Assembly: GCA_977017645.1 (NCBI GenBank)
Contig: OZ360232.1
Location: 15,376,001-15,440,000, forward strand
Direction: 5' to 3'
DNA from: Torpedo marmorata
Taxonomy: Eukaryota
DNA length: 64,000 bases
Shown: positions 48,271-58,769 of the stretch, in pieces
How the letters are laid out: every line of letters begins with the position of its first letter
Numbering within the stretch: the stretch's first letter is position 1
Translations under genes and position numbers: made by a program
Notes under the pieces: model-generated
The model's input: the letters and a program-made list of their open reading frames with translations, nothing else
Told to the model about the DNA's origin: nothing
Database searches by the model: none

Positions 48271-49650
48271 TCAGTTAACTCCTCTCAAATTTTCACTTTC
48301 TTCTTCGATTTGAACCAACGCAGCTTCTTCAGTTATCGAACCCGGCACTTCGTTCTCTCTTCTTGCTTGACCTTCTTGCACTTGCTGAATAGCACCCAAA
48401 GTGTAGACTCTTCTCAGATGTGGAAGATTATTTGCATGTAACAGGGCTTGTTGAGAATCCATAAATAAAATAGAACCATCACCATTTTGAACTCTCAGAG
48501 TCGCCGGATATTTAAACGAAAATTTGTAACCTTTCTCCCACAATTTTGCCTTCGCAGGATTAAATTCTTTACGTTGTTTGACCACCATAGGACTTAAATC
48601 AGGATAGAATAAAATTCTATTCTCTTGAATCATCATCGGGGCACCATGCTCTCGTGTATGTTGAATTGCTAATCTTAAAATTCTTTCTCTGTCTTGATAT
48701 CTTAAACACTTTATCAAAATTGGACGTGGTCTCCGATCTATCTGATTTCTCCTTCCAATCCTATGGGCACGCTCAAGCTCTATTGGTTGGTCAAATTTAA
48801 AAATCTCCTTCAACCAATCTTGAAAAAATTGAGTCGTATCTAAAGTTTCAAAATTTTCAGGTAGTCCCAATATTTTCACATTATTTCTGCGACTTTGATT
48901 TTCCATCTGATCTATTTTCTGCATCATTTCATCTCTCTGCTTTTGCCATCCAACAAAGGTATCTTCCATTTTATCCACTCTGTCTCTACAATTTTCCACC
49001 TCGTATTTATTAGATTCAGTTTCCTCTTCCATTCTTTTGACTCTTACATCCACTTTACCTACAACACTTTCCAATCTTCCCATTTTCTGTTTTATATCTG
49101 TAAATTCATTTTGCATTTTACTTATAGCTATATTAAGCTTAGCATCCATTCTTCCTTCTAATTTTGCAATAGCCTGTAAGATGTTTTCTTGACTATTTTG
49201 AATCAACCATAATTGTCTTTGCACATCACCTCCATATGCTTCAAAATCTTCAGCATCCTCTTCTTCCAGCTGGCTATCTTCTTTTTCCCCTTCAGATTCT
49301 GACGATGATTTGGGCTTCCCAGCCTGTAGTATAGTCTGGGAAGCCTCCGATGACGTCATCCTGGCCTCGTGTAATTGTAGTTGGAGATCGGCGATTCTGC
49401 GCATGCGTGCTTGTTCTTCTAATCTTTTTGTAGTCTTAGGTCGGGCGCCGGCGCCATCTTCCGCAGCTCCCTGCGGAGGTAGCGTCGGCGTTCCCGACTC
49501 AGCTGATCGTTTGCCAGGTCGCTTACCAGGCTTCATCTGTAGGACAGTCCCAGGCTCCATCTCCAAGGTAGGCCTTTTCTCTTCATGTAATAAAGTCGTC
49601 TGTAGCATAGGTTTTTTAGCTTTTTGTTCTCTCGTTTTTTTGCCAGCCAT
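48271..49650 (-). CDS. L1 ORF1p (coiled coil, RRM, CTD; 459 aa)
   Basis: MENQSRRNNVKILGLPE, ELERAHRIG, PRPILIK, FYPDLS, KYPATLRV motifs; position upstream of ORF2. Confidence 0.92.
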   Translation of the reverse strand: MAGKKTREQKAKKPMLQTTLLHEEKRPTLEMEPGTVLQMKPGKRPGKRSAESGTPTLPPQGAAEDGAGARPKTTKRLEEQARMRRIADLQLQLHEARMTSSEASQTILQAGKPKSSSESEGEKEDSQLEEEDAEDFEAYGGDVQRQLWLIQNSQENILQAIAKLEGRMDAKLNIAISKMQNEFTDIKQKMGRLESVVGKVDVRVKRMEEETESNKYEVENCRDRVDKMEDTFVGWQKQRDEMMQKIDQMENQSRRNNVKILGLPENFETLDTTQFFQDWLKEIFKFDQPIELERAHRIGRRNQIDRRPRPILIKCLRYQDRERILRLAIQHTREHGAPMMIQENRILFYPDLSPMVVKQRKEFNPAKAKLWEKGYKFSFKYPATLRVQNGDGSILFMDSQQALLHANNLPHLRRVYTLGAIQQVQEGQARRENEVPGSITEEAALVQIEEESENLRGVN

Positions 49651-49795
49651 TCTTTAAACAGTTATAGCACTTCTTATAATATTCTTAATTTTTTTGAGTT
49701 ATTTAAAAAGTCTTCTTAGTTTTATCTGCTGGGAGAGGTGTATCCCTGCGTCTTCTCCCTACGCCATCACGCCACGCCCCGAGAGATAGTTAATT

Positions 49796-49834
49796 GAAGA
49801 CAGAGTTAATAAAATTATAGCACTGAAAAAGAAA
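49796..49834 (+). pseudogene. CCT6A: CCT6A fragment part 2 (continuation after the L1)
   Basis: (VQAER*LI)[13 protein letters not shown] vs CCT6A VKAERKFIEDRVKKIIELKRK. Confidence 0.8.
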
Positions 49835-49859
49835 TTGGCAAAATGGAAATAAGAGAGAG

Positions 49860-50070
49860 GAACTGCTTATGGGCCCGACAGAGAGAGAAAATGAATGAAG
49901 AACACAATAAGCGACTGTCAGACACAGTGGACAGATTGTTGACAGAGTCTAATGAGCGACTTCAGCTGCATCTAAAAGAAAGAATTGCTACATTAGAGGA
50001 TAAGAATATATCGATACAAGAATCTTAACTCTTAAGAAAACAACTTGAAGAGTCTCTTCATGATAAGGAA
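49860..50070 (+). pseudogene. PPFIA2: Captured liprin-alpha (PPFIA2-like) coiled-coil mRNA fragment
   Basis: [37 protein letters not shown]...IQES*LLRKQLEESLHDKE; [12 protein letters not shown] and LEESLHDKE favour PPFIA2 among the paralogs. Confidence 0.85.
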
Positions 50071-50656
50071 TTGGAAAATGCAAACCATCTTCTTTCAACT
50101 ATAAAGCTTAAAGGAGCCGCCACACTATCAGAAGGGGAATTGGCAGCTACGTCGCCCACTGCAGTAGCTTCTGAAGTGCCACCGTGAAGAATATGAACGT
50201 GTGCAAAAATCTGTGGCAAATCTCTCAGCAAATTAGAAGATGCCATGAAGGAAATACGCTGTTTACAAAAATGCACTGATGAGGCGAAAAAGCATGATTC
50301 ATTATTCAACAGGAGAATCAGAGATAAAAAAGGCAAGTGTCAGATCTTTCACAGTAGAATAGGGTGCTTTTGATGGAACTAGAAGATATGCGAGGAAATC
50401 ATATTTTACGTAAAGATGAAGTTAGTTCTGCTGACATAAGAAGTTCCTTTGAAGTGATTTCTCAGCATCCGGTGACCTATCGTAATGTTGAGGAACTGCA
50501 ACAGCAAAATCAACAGCTACTGGTGACTGTTCGTGAACTTGCTGATAAACAGGAACCTCTTCACGGATTTCTGAACTTCAGCTGAATCTCGCGGATGCCC
50601 TGAATGAACTTGAACGACTTCGTGAAGCCAGAAGTCATCAGATGCAACTGGTGGAA
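50065..50656 (+). pseudogene. TPR: Captured TPR (nuclear basket protein) coiled-coil mRNA fragment with internal deletions
   Basis: KELENANHLLS...LSEGELAATSPTA / REEYERVQKSVANLS / [12 protein letters not shown]...[31 protein letters not shown] / SSRISELQL...HQMQLVE. Confidence 0.88.
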
Positions 50657-50718
50657 AGAGACTGTCCACGGAATGTAGATACTTTTGTTGTAGACATAGT
50701 ATTGTGTTTGTGTTTTTT

Positions 50719-50731
50719 AAAAGGGGAAAGA
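50719..50731 (+). promoter_or_regulatory. Polypurine tract (aaaaggggaaaga)
   Basis: Directly abuts the 3' LTR TG. Confidence 0.85.
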
Positions 50732-50947
50732 TGTGTTATTATGTGTGTAAATAAGAACTACATTTCCCAGCATGCAATGCGTGCGGTTGGGCTGAAACCA
50801 GAAGTGACATATGAGGGCATTTTCAGTTATTGTTGGTTGAAGACAGTTGGAAGTCGTTGGAGGCGGTGGAAGCAATACAAGGAAAATAAAGTCGGTTAAC
50901 TGTTAAACCTACGTAAAGTGTTTCTTCTTGACAGAACAAGCACAACA
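50732..50947 (+). repeat. 3' LTR (216 bp)
   Basis: tgtgttattatg...caagcacaaca followed by TSD atagt. Confidence 0.93.
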
Positions 50948-51214
50948 ATAGTGACCTCCATTATTGTATTGTGGATTACAAGAACAGGTTCTAATCATCA
51001 TTCTCTACCAATGCTATCATTTCATTTCATCTACTCTTAAATTCTCTCACCATATAAACTTTCCAATGGCTTATCCTTCAGTTTCACCACCATTGGTCAC
51101 TTTATTTCCATTGTTATGACCAAGGGCAAGGAATTCTCTGTCTGTTTTTACACCGCCTTCCTTTTCTTTCCTTTCCCATCTCCACTTTCTCTACATTAAC
51201 TCATAGAAGAGATT

Positions 51215-52210
51215 CATCATTTATTGTCATCTGATTGCACAAGTACAACCAGACAAAACAGCGTTCTCCAGTCCTCAGTGCAAAACACGCACACAACCAG
51301 ACATAACACACATACAGACAAATAATACATATGCAGGACAAGTATTCATGCATACAAATAAATAAATAGTTTCGTAAAATGAGAGTCTCGGATGGTTAGT
51401 GTGAGCAGTACCTTTGGTCGTTCAGCATTCTCACTGCCCCTGGGAAGAACCTGGTGGTGCTGGCTCTGATACTCCTGTATCGCTTTTCCGACGGGAGCAT
51501 CTGAAAAATGCTGTATGCGGGGTGGGGTGGAAGAGGTCCTCAATGATTTTGCGTGCCCTCTTCAGATAACAATCCCGTAGATCACGTCAATTTGGGGGAG
51601 GGTGGGGTGGTGGGGGGAGGAAGGGAGACTCCAGTGATCTTCTGCCACTCTTATGGTTCTGTGGATTGACCTCCGATCCATTTCTCTGTAGCAACCATAC
51701 CACACTGTGATGCAGCCAGCCAGGATGCTCTCGATAGAGCTCCTATAGAAGGTTGACATAATAGTGGCCTTTTAGCCTTGCCCACTTCAGTCTTCTCAGG
51801 AAGTGCAGTCTCTGTTGCGCCTTCCTGACAAGTGAGGAGATGTTGAGTGTCCACGATAGGTCACTAGTTAAGTGAACTCCAAGGAACTTGGTGCTCTCCA
51901 CTCTCTACTACAGAGTTGTTGATGTGTAGTGGATAGTGGTCGTTCCTGGTCCTCCTGAAGTCCACCAACATCTCCTTCGTCTTGTCCATGTTGAAACTTA
52001 GGTTGTTACTCTCGCACCATATCATGACATTTTCCACCTCTTCTCTGTAGTGCGACTCATCGTTGTTACTGATGAGGCCAACTACTGTTGTGTCATCTGC
52101 AAACTTGATGACTCTATCGGAGCTGGATGTGGCGAAGCAGTCGTGAGTCAGTAGCATGAACAGGAGCGGGCTGAGTACATAGCCCTGAGGAGCGCCAGTG
52201 CTCAGCGTGA
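51215..52210 (-). mobile_element. Rex1-like LINE fragment, same family as 39990-41455
   Basis: [26 protein letters not shown]; near-identical 3' tail. Confidence 0.85.
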
Positions 52211-53025
52211 TTCATTTGCAACCATACATTAACAGCTTAGGCTAAACATGCCCTCAATAAATGTGCCACTATTACTGGTAGTTTTGCTCACCTCAGCTTT
52301 AATGTATTTACATTCCTCTATTTAAGCAGAGTCCCATCATCAATCCCTCAAGTTTAAGGAGAATATGTTGAGGATGAAGGGTTAACCTTAGGAAGTTTGG
52401 ATTGATGGGCAAAGGAAAGAAACAGTTTAAACTATGGCAGAAATAATTGGAACACTGGTTATAATATTAAGGATAAAGAAGTCCATCAGCTCAATGGAAA
52501 TCATTTTTCTGAGATGATCCATGAAAAGGAAAACGTATTATTAAGGGGAACAAGTCTGAATATGTTTGATGTGATGCTGTCAGATCTGGCAATCATGAAC
52601 ATGATTTGACTTTCCAAGCTTCACTAAACTACCCGAAGGATATATGCAGAATGTTTGTTCCAAAACTTGGTTAGGAGGTTTTTAACAGTTCAATTTCCTT
52701 ACATGCTAGACACTTGGAAGGCCAAAAATCTCCATACTGGGATATCTAGAAACTCTAATACAGAAATAAATAAAAGATTTACCCAGACTCAAATATCTGC
52801 TATTGTAAGTAAACCAAGATCTTTTAAATGTCCATCTGTTATAGAGCAGGATGACTCTATTAGTAATTAAGAGTTTTGAATCAATACTGAAAGCATATTT
52901 AGTCCTTGACATTTACCTAACTGTAAGAAAAAGCTAAATAACTCTAAAATTACAGGAGAATTCAATGTACGATGACAATCATCAGCACCCTTAATCATAT
53001 AAAGGGCATTACATTCAGTATAGGA

Positions 53026-53859
53026 CATGGATGGCCAAACTTGCTTCACATAAGAGCCACATACGATAAATCTCAGATGTTTGAGAGCCGCAAGACATGA
53101 CAAAATACTGCATACACATTTTCACTCTTTCATGCACATTTTGTTACAAAATGTTTATGTAAATAAAGAAATACAGGAACATAATAATATTTATTCACGT
53201 ATGTAATTTTTAAACTGCTAATTTGTATTCGTTTCAATAATCAAAAAGTACACATACTGTATATACTCGTATTATAGTCGAATTTTGTGGATCAATTTTT
53301 AGGATAAATTTAGCGGGTTGACAATTACACGCATACTACTTTTGACTGCGGTAACTACCTGCGTCGTTCGGGGCGCCGGGAGCTTGGATGGGTGGGCGGG
53401 TGGCTGGGACCGGGTGTTAAGTTCATGGTCAGGGCGTCGTGGGCTTGGATGGGCGGGCAGCCGGGGCCTAGGCAGGAGTCTGCGGTCGGGGCGTCGGGAG
53501 CTCCGGTGGGCAGGTGGCCTTGGCCTAGGTGAGAATCCGCGGTCGGGGCGTCGGGAGCTCAGATAGGCAGGCGGCCGGCACCTAGGCGAGAGTCCGCGGT
53601 CGGGGCATGGAGAACTCGGATGGGCGGGCGGTCTGGACTACACTTACACTCCGCTAATTTCACTGCCCGCAACACAGCCAACTGCCTGCAACACAGCCAC
53701 ATGCGCCACAATCATGCGATCGCAAGCCACGCCCACTAACACTACCATTGTGATCACCGGTTCGTACAATTCCTGTCTCAGCCAACATATCTCTGTGAAC
53801 CACACATTAGATGCCAAAGAGCCGCACGTGGCTCGCAAGCCGCGTTTTGGCCACCCCTG
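53026..53859. mobile_element. hAT-type MITE with internal Tigger-like end (~53256) and GC-rich ~48-bp tandem repeat (53370-53630)
   Basis: Termini catggatggccaaa / tttggccacccctg; TSD gtatagga / gtatatga (7 of 8). Confidence 0.7.
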
Positions 53860-54854
53860 GTATATGAAATACAAGCCGACAATTCAAGTTATATGGATAT
53901 ACTTAGAAATATCAATGTTTATTGCAAACTTCATTTCCCAGTGCCCAGGAAACTACTTTCATTGTGCTGGATAAATATCTTGATTCAGGTCTCAACCCAA
54001 AGGTTCAACGTATTCCTTTTGCCTCCACAAATGCTGCTTGACCCACCGAGTTCTTCCAGTTTTTTGTTTTAATTCCAGCACCTGCAGTCTCTATGAGACT
54101 AAGATGAAGTTATCATAATGCATAATTAAGTATAAAACAATATGGTAGAGTTTATCAATGTTAACGAAGAGGTTCAAGGTTCCTTTTATTGTCACGTAAT
54201 AATACATAACAATGTAATATACATGACATACTTCAACTTTTATCTGCCATAGGACAAATAAAGAGTCGCCATAAGCATTGCCCGACACCCCTAACAATAA
54301 GAGAAAGATAAGCAATAGAGAGTCCCTTCAGAGATATTGAGTGTCCGTGCATTCACCTCCAGCGTTCTCACAGCCACTGCAGCTGTACAGACTCCTATTT
54401 AAACCATTGGCAGCCCAAGCTCCAGGTCCAAACCTCCGATACGATCAGGAAGCCTTCAGCACCAGAGGCTCTTCGGGAGCTCTTCATGTCCTCAGACCCT
54501 CTTGAATCCCAGATTTTGTTTCTTGATGATTGATGGGGTTATGGTGCAGTTATAATTTCTATGATTACTATCATAGTTTAAAGATCCAGTATTTCAGGAA
54601 GCATTTATTGTTTCTGACTACCCATGCACACTGATTATGAATTTATTTCTGCATTGATTCTCGGTCTTTGTTTCCATCCATCCACTTGTATTTCCTTCCA
54701 CAGATACTGGAAGGTCATCTACAGATACATGTCCTTTCTCCTCAGGACAGGAATTCTTCATTGGTGATGTTTACTCAACACACAATATGGAAGTGTAAAT
54801 ACTTGTATTTCACTTCTAAAAATTCAGTTGCATTGACAGCTAAATGACATACTT

Positions 54855-55115
54855 CGTGGAGTTACTGTCTCACAACTCCAGTGGTCTGGCTTCAACTCTG
54901 ACCTCTGGTGCTGTATGGAGTTTACATGTTCTCCCTGTGGCCCGATAGGCTTCTATGAGTGCTCCCATTTCCTCCCACATCCAAAGGCATGCGCTTTGGG
55001 AGGTTAATCAACCACTGTAAATTGCACCTCGTGCTTGGCAACTGTTGGAATTTGGCATGGGGAGGGGAATTAATCGGAATATGGGAAAAATGAAATAGGA
55101 TTAGTGTAGGATTAA
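54855..55115 (+). mobile_element. V-SINE (HE1-like)
   Basis: V-domain tggagtttacatgttctccctgtg...tttcctcccacatccaaag...ggttaat..cactgtaaattgc. Confidence 0.7.
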
Positions 55116-56528
55116 TGGAAAAGAAACATTGATTCCCTATTTCCTTCCACAGATGCTGCCTGACCTGCTGAGTTCCCAGATGGTGAAATTCTGTACTTTC
55201 CTATCCACCAAGACCTCCAAGGCAGCATTGAAATCTACGATGACTGTTCCCTCCCATCTGATATAAACATGTCTTCTGGTACATCACATTCACCTTCATA
55301 ATGTAAGATTACTAGCAACATCCACAGTGCAACTTTGCAAGAGGTACAGACTGACTTTAAGAAACTGTGATTCCTTGCAAAACTAAGCTCCCTATTCAGG
55401 GAATAAAGGAAGCAACAGCATGGTTAACAACAACTGGATGCTGAAACTACTATCAACATGCAACATAAATTTGCTGCATTGTTTACACTAGTTCAAACAG
55501 GTGAGGAATAATTAAGTATCAGAATTTTTCAGCAACTTGAGTGTCAGCTAATTCAGTTCCCTTTATTTGTTCCGTTTTGACTTCTGTCAATCAATATTAG
55601 CACACATTGTTCAAGATACACCAAAAAGACTCAAAAGCTCGTTTTAATTGTTGTCTGGCTAATATAACCAAATTATGCAACAAGGTACAAGAACCTAAAA
55701 GTGCATGATACCTCCAAAATTTATTATGAGAAATAAGAATCCTTTGCATTGTTTCAGCTGAGTCTTAATTTCCTCCAGCTCAATACTAGAAAAAACAAAA
55801 TCATTGCCATTAGTATCTGCCATAGACTGTTTCATACCAGTTTCCATCTCTCACTCTGGCCACTCACAGAAGATTGCAATGGAAACCCAGCCAAACCTCC
55901 TGGCAAATTCTGGACCTCACTTTTTCTATCACAAAGACTCCACACTCTCTATTCCCACACTAATTGTTTTAAATGTATCATAACACCTCCACAGTCAATC
56001 ATGATTCTATTACTTATAATTTTCATCCCTACGTGAAATACTAATTGACCCAAACTCTGCAGCACAAATTCTATCCCACATAAAATCCCATCCAAGTCCT
56101 CACAATTCTCATGTGGCTTCCTTTCAAACCTCTAAAGTTTGTTCTGACTACATCTTTCTACTCTTCGCCTTCCCAGCATTTATTCCTGCAAACTATTTTT
56201 TGTGCATCACCACCCCTCTGGACAACCAATTCGTACCCCCCCCCCCCCCACCCCTCAACTAAACTTCCTGACCTGCTCTTCAGAAGAGTCATCCGAAATG
56301 CTTCTGCAAACCTATACCTTTCTCTCTTTTTCTTTTAAAACCTCATCTCCTTGGTCAATTCTTTTAAGTTATCTTTTTGTGTCTTATTAAGCATTTTCAT
56401 AAACCTGTGAAGTACCTGGAGAATTATATGCCACAGGTGTTTTACAATACAAAATCATGCTTTGTGGAGTGCAAGTGTGAATAATTACTGAAAAACAATT
56501 ATATGGTTTCTCCTCATTGCAACTTTAC

Positions 56529-56660
56529 CTGATAAATATCTGACAGGCTGCTGCTCCCAGAATCACTGGCAATACTGCACCCAGACTGGCTGGAAGGGAC
56601 AAGTGTCACTTGTGGATGTGGATTATCTGTGAGGTGCATCTTGGAAAGATCTGCAGGAAG
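56529..56660 (-). CDS. RAPGEF6: RAPGEF6 exon: [44 protein letters not shown]
   Basis: ttacag| and |gtaaag, 132 bp, phase 0/0; not in the ORF track; [25 protein letters not shown] is RAPGEF6-type. Confidence 0.93.
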
Positions 56661-58194
56661 CTGTAAAAATTATGAGGAGGAAGGGAGAAAAAAATCATTA
56701 ATTTGACAAAATAAACTAAAAACATAAATTAAAGATCATTAGAAATGCTTGCTGACCTTTATTCTAAATGAGCTCATGTCTTGCAGGAGGGTGCATGATT
56801 TTTAGAAAAAAGAAAATTAGCCAATAGATCAGAGCTTAGATGTGCCATTATGTTGCATGCATGGAAATGATAGAGATGCTTAGGTACAAAAGTCCATTAA
56901 TATAGTTAAAAGTTTGTTTTCCAAAACAAATAGGTTTAAGCATTAGAATTTTTAAATATGGGCCAGTACCAATATATTTACTAATGGGACCTCAATAAAG
57001 CAGTATATTTTTGTAAGATTATAGGAACATTGGCCTTGGAATGATAGTCTCTCCATATCAGGATTGTCCAGATCATGGCAACAATGAGCACTTCCAGTTA
57101 TCTTCTGCTTTGATTGTACATGTTACGCTGTTTGTTTTAGCTTTTAGAATATCTTGGGTGAAGATGGAGGGATGCAATGGTGGTTGATCGGGGAGAAACT
57201 AGATAAGGCAACACAGTCATGGGGGATTTAGATTTGAAATCACCAATGAGGGACCACCCTCTCTCCACAATTAAATAGTGCCTTATCCAATTACGAGCCC
57301 TGGTAATTTTCAAGCATGACAATAAATATAATAAAGCGGGAGCAAATATGGAAACATACAAAAAGTAGATGGAAAGTGGATGGTGGATGTTACAGATCAG
57401 CAAGCTGAGAAACCAAATAGGGAGCAAAATATGAAAGCAAAGATTTTTTATGTGCTCTGTATCAGTAGAGAACAGTGAACAGTGGGTTTCCACACTTTCC
57501 TCCATTTTTTCCAATTTAAGTGAATTACAAATTTAAATATTTAACACTTTTCTCATGAATAGTTTTCATTTCAAAAATACAACAGTCACTATCACTTTTT
57601 ATTGAATCAAATTAAATGCTAATATTGAGCTGAGAATAGATTCACACAAACATTCCATGCTTCAGAATAGCTGAAATTATGTCTAATGATTTATTCCGAT
57701 TCCAGGAGATCCAATGATTATTTTTTCCATTTCTCAAACAGGTTTGGCAGAGGCACTACAGATCATGACATCATTGACTATTGTATACAGATCAGCCATT
57801 CTGAGCCAAAAGGGTGGACTCTATTCGTTTGGACTTTCATACACCTAAAATCACTCAAGTATTCAACTAAATTAGTAACATTTACACAATATATAAAAAT
57901 CAACCATGTACTTGTATGTGAATATATGAAATCTGTGTGCTGACAAAGGAGGACACTTAACAGCTGCACAAACAGCTGGTAGATTCTTCAAAATATAATG
58001 AGACTAATGATTCAAAAAAATCTATACCGATAATGTCCAAAAATGCAACAGAATTTGATGGGTTTATGTCATTCCTCATATTTTGTATCTTTTCTCTCTT
58101 TTGTTAAAATAATAATTCCTTTGCGATACAAGTATAAAATATAAATAAATTAGAAAATAAGCAGAGAAACCAACAGCAGAAATGAGACCAAGTG

Positions 58195-58625
58195 GATCAC
58201 AAGATATAGGAGCAGAAGTAGGCCCATTGGCCCATCGAGTCTGCTCTGCCATTCTAATCATGAGGTGATCCATCCTCCCACTCAGCCCCACTGCCCGGCT
58301 TTCTCCCCGTAACACTTGATGCCCTGACAAATCAAATACCTTTCAATCTCTGCCTGAAATACACCCAACAACCTCGCTTCCACAGCCACCTGTGGCAACA
58401 AGTTCCACAGACTTATGACAATCTTACTGAAGAAATGTTTCTGCATCTCTGTTTTATATTGAAGCACTTTTATCCTGAGGTAATGCCCTGTTGTCCGAGA
58501 ATCCCCTACCATGGGAAACATCCTTGCTACATCTACTCTGTCCAGACCTTTCAGCATTCGAAATGCCTCCATGAGATTCCCCCTCATCCTTCTGTACTCC
58601 GAGTACAGTCCAAGAGCCGACAATT
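58195..58625 (-). mobile_element. CR1 3' fragment
   Basis: LGLYS..RRMRGNLMEAFRMLKGLDRVD motif. Confidence 0.8.
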
Positions 58626-58769
58626 GTCCTGCTTCCTGCTTGTCCCCTTAGGTTTTCTCTTCTGCATATGGAAGGCATGCTCAATTGGAATTAAATCGGA
58701 TGACTGACTTGGCCATTCAATAATTTTCCAGTTTTTAGCTTTGAAAAACTCCTTTGTTGCTTTAGCAGT

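Larger units (their letters stand above)
43906..49780 (-). mobile_element. Full-length L1-clade LINE with two intact ORFs
   Basis: 15-bp TSD gagagatagttaatt at 43891-43905 and 49781-49795; poly(A) tail; G-rich 3'UTR; 5' end GGGGCGTGGCGTGATGGCG. Confidence 0.95.
42127..50947 (+). mobile_element. Non-autonomous Gypsy/Ty3 (Mag-like gag) LTR retrotransposon carrying captured host mRNA fragments, with nested hAT MITE and L1
   Basis: Direct repeats TG...CA at both ends, 5-bp TSD ATAGT (42122-42126, 50948-50952), PBS, PPT, gag fragment, no pol. Confidence 0.92.

Noticed and set aside
43474-50656. Genuine CCT6A, PPFIA2 or TPR genes, or ordinary L1-made processed pseudogenes
   Set aside because: The fragments are internal, directly joined, disabled, lack splice sites, poly(A) tails and their own TSDs, and lie between the PBS and PPT of an LTR element.
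55740-56400. Possible L2 LINE fossil (NFLQLN motif)
   Set aside because: Too degenerate to delimit or support by eye.
1265-56660. Calling the host gene RAPGEF2
   Set aside because: Several shared stretches exist, but the paralog-diagnostic motifs across most exons match RAPGEF6.
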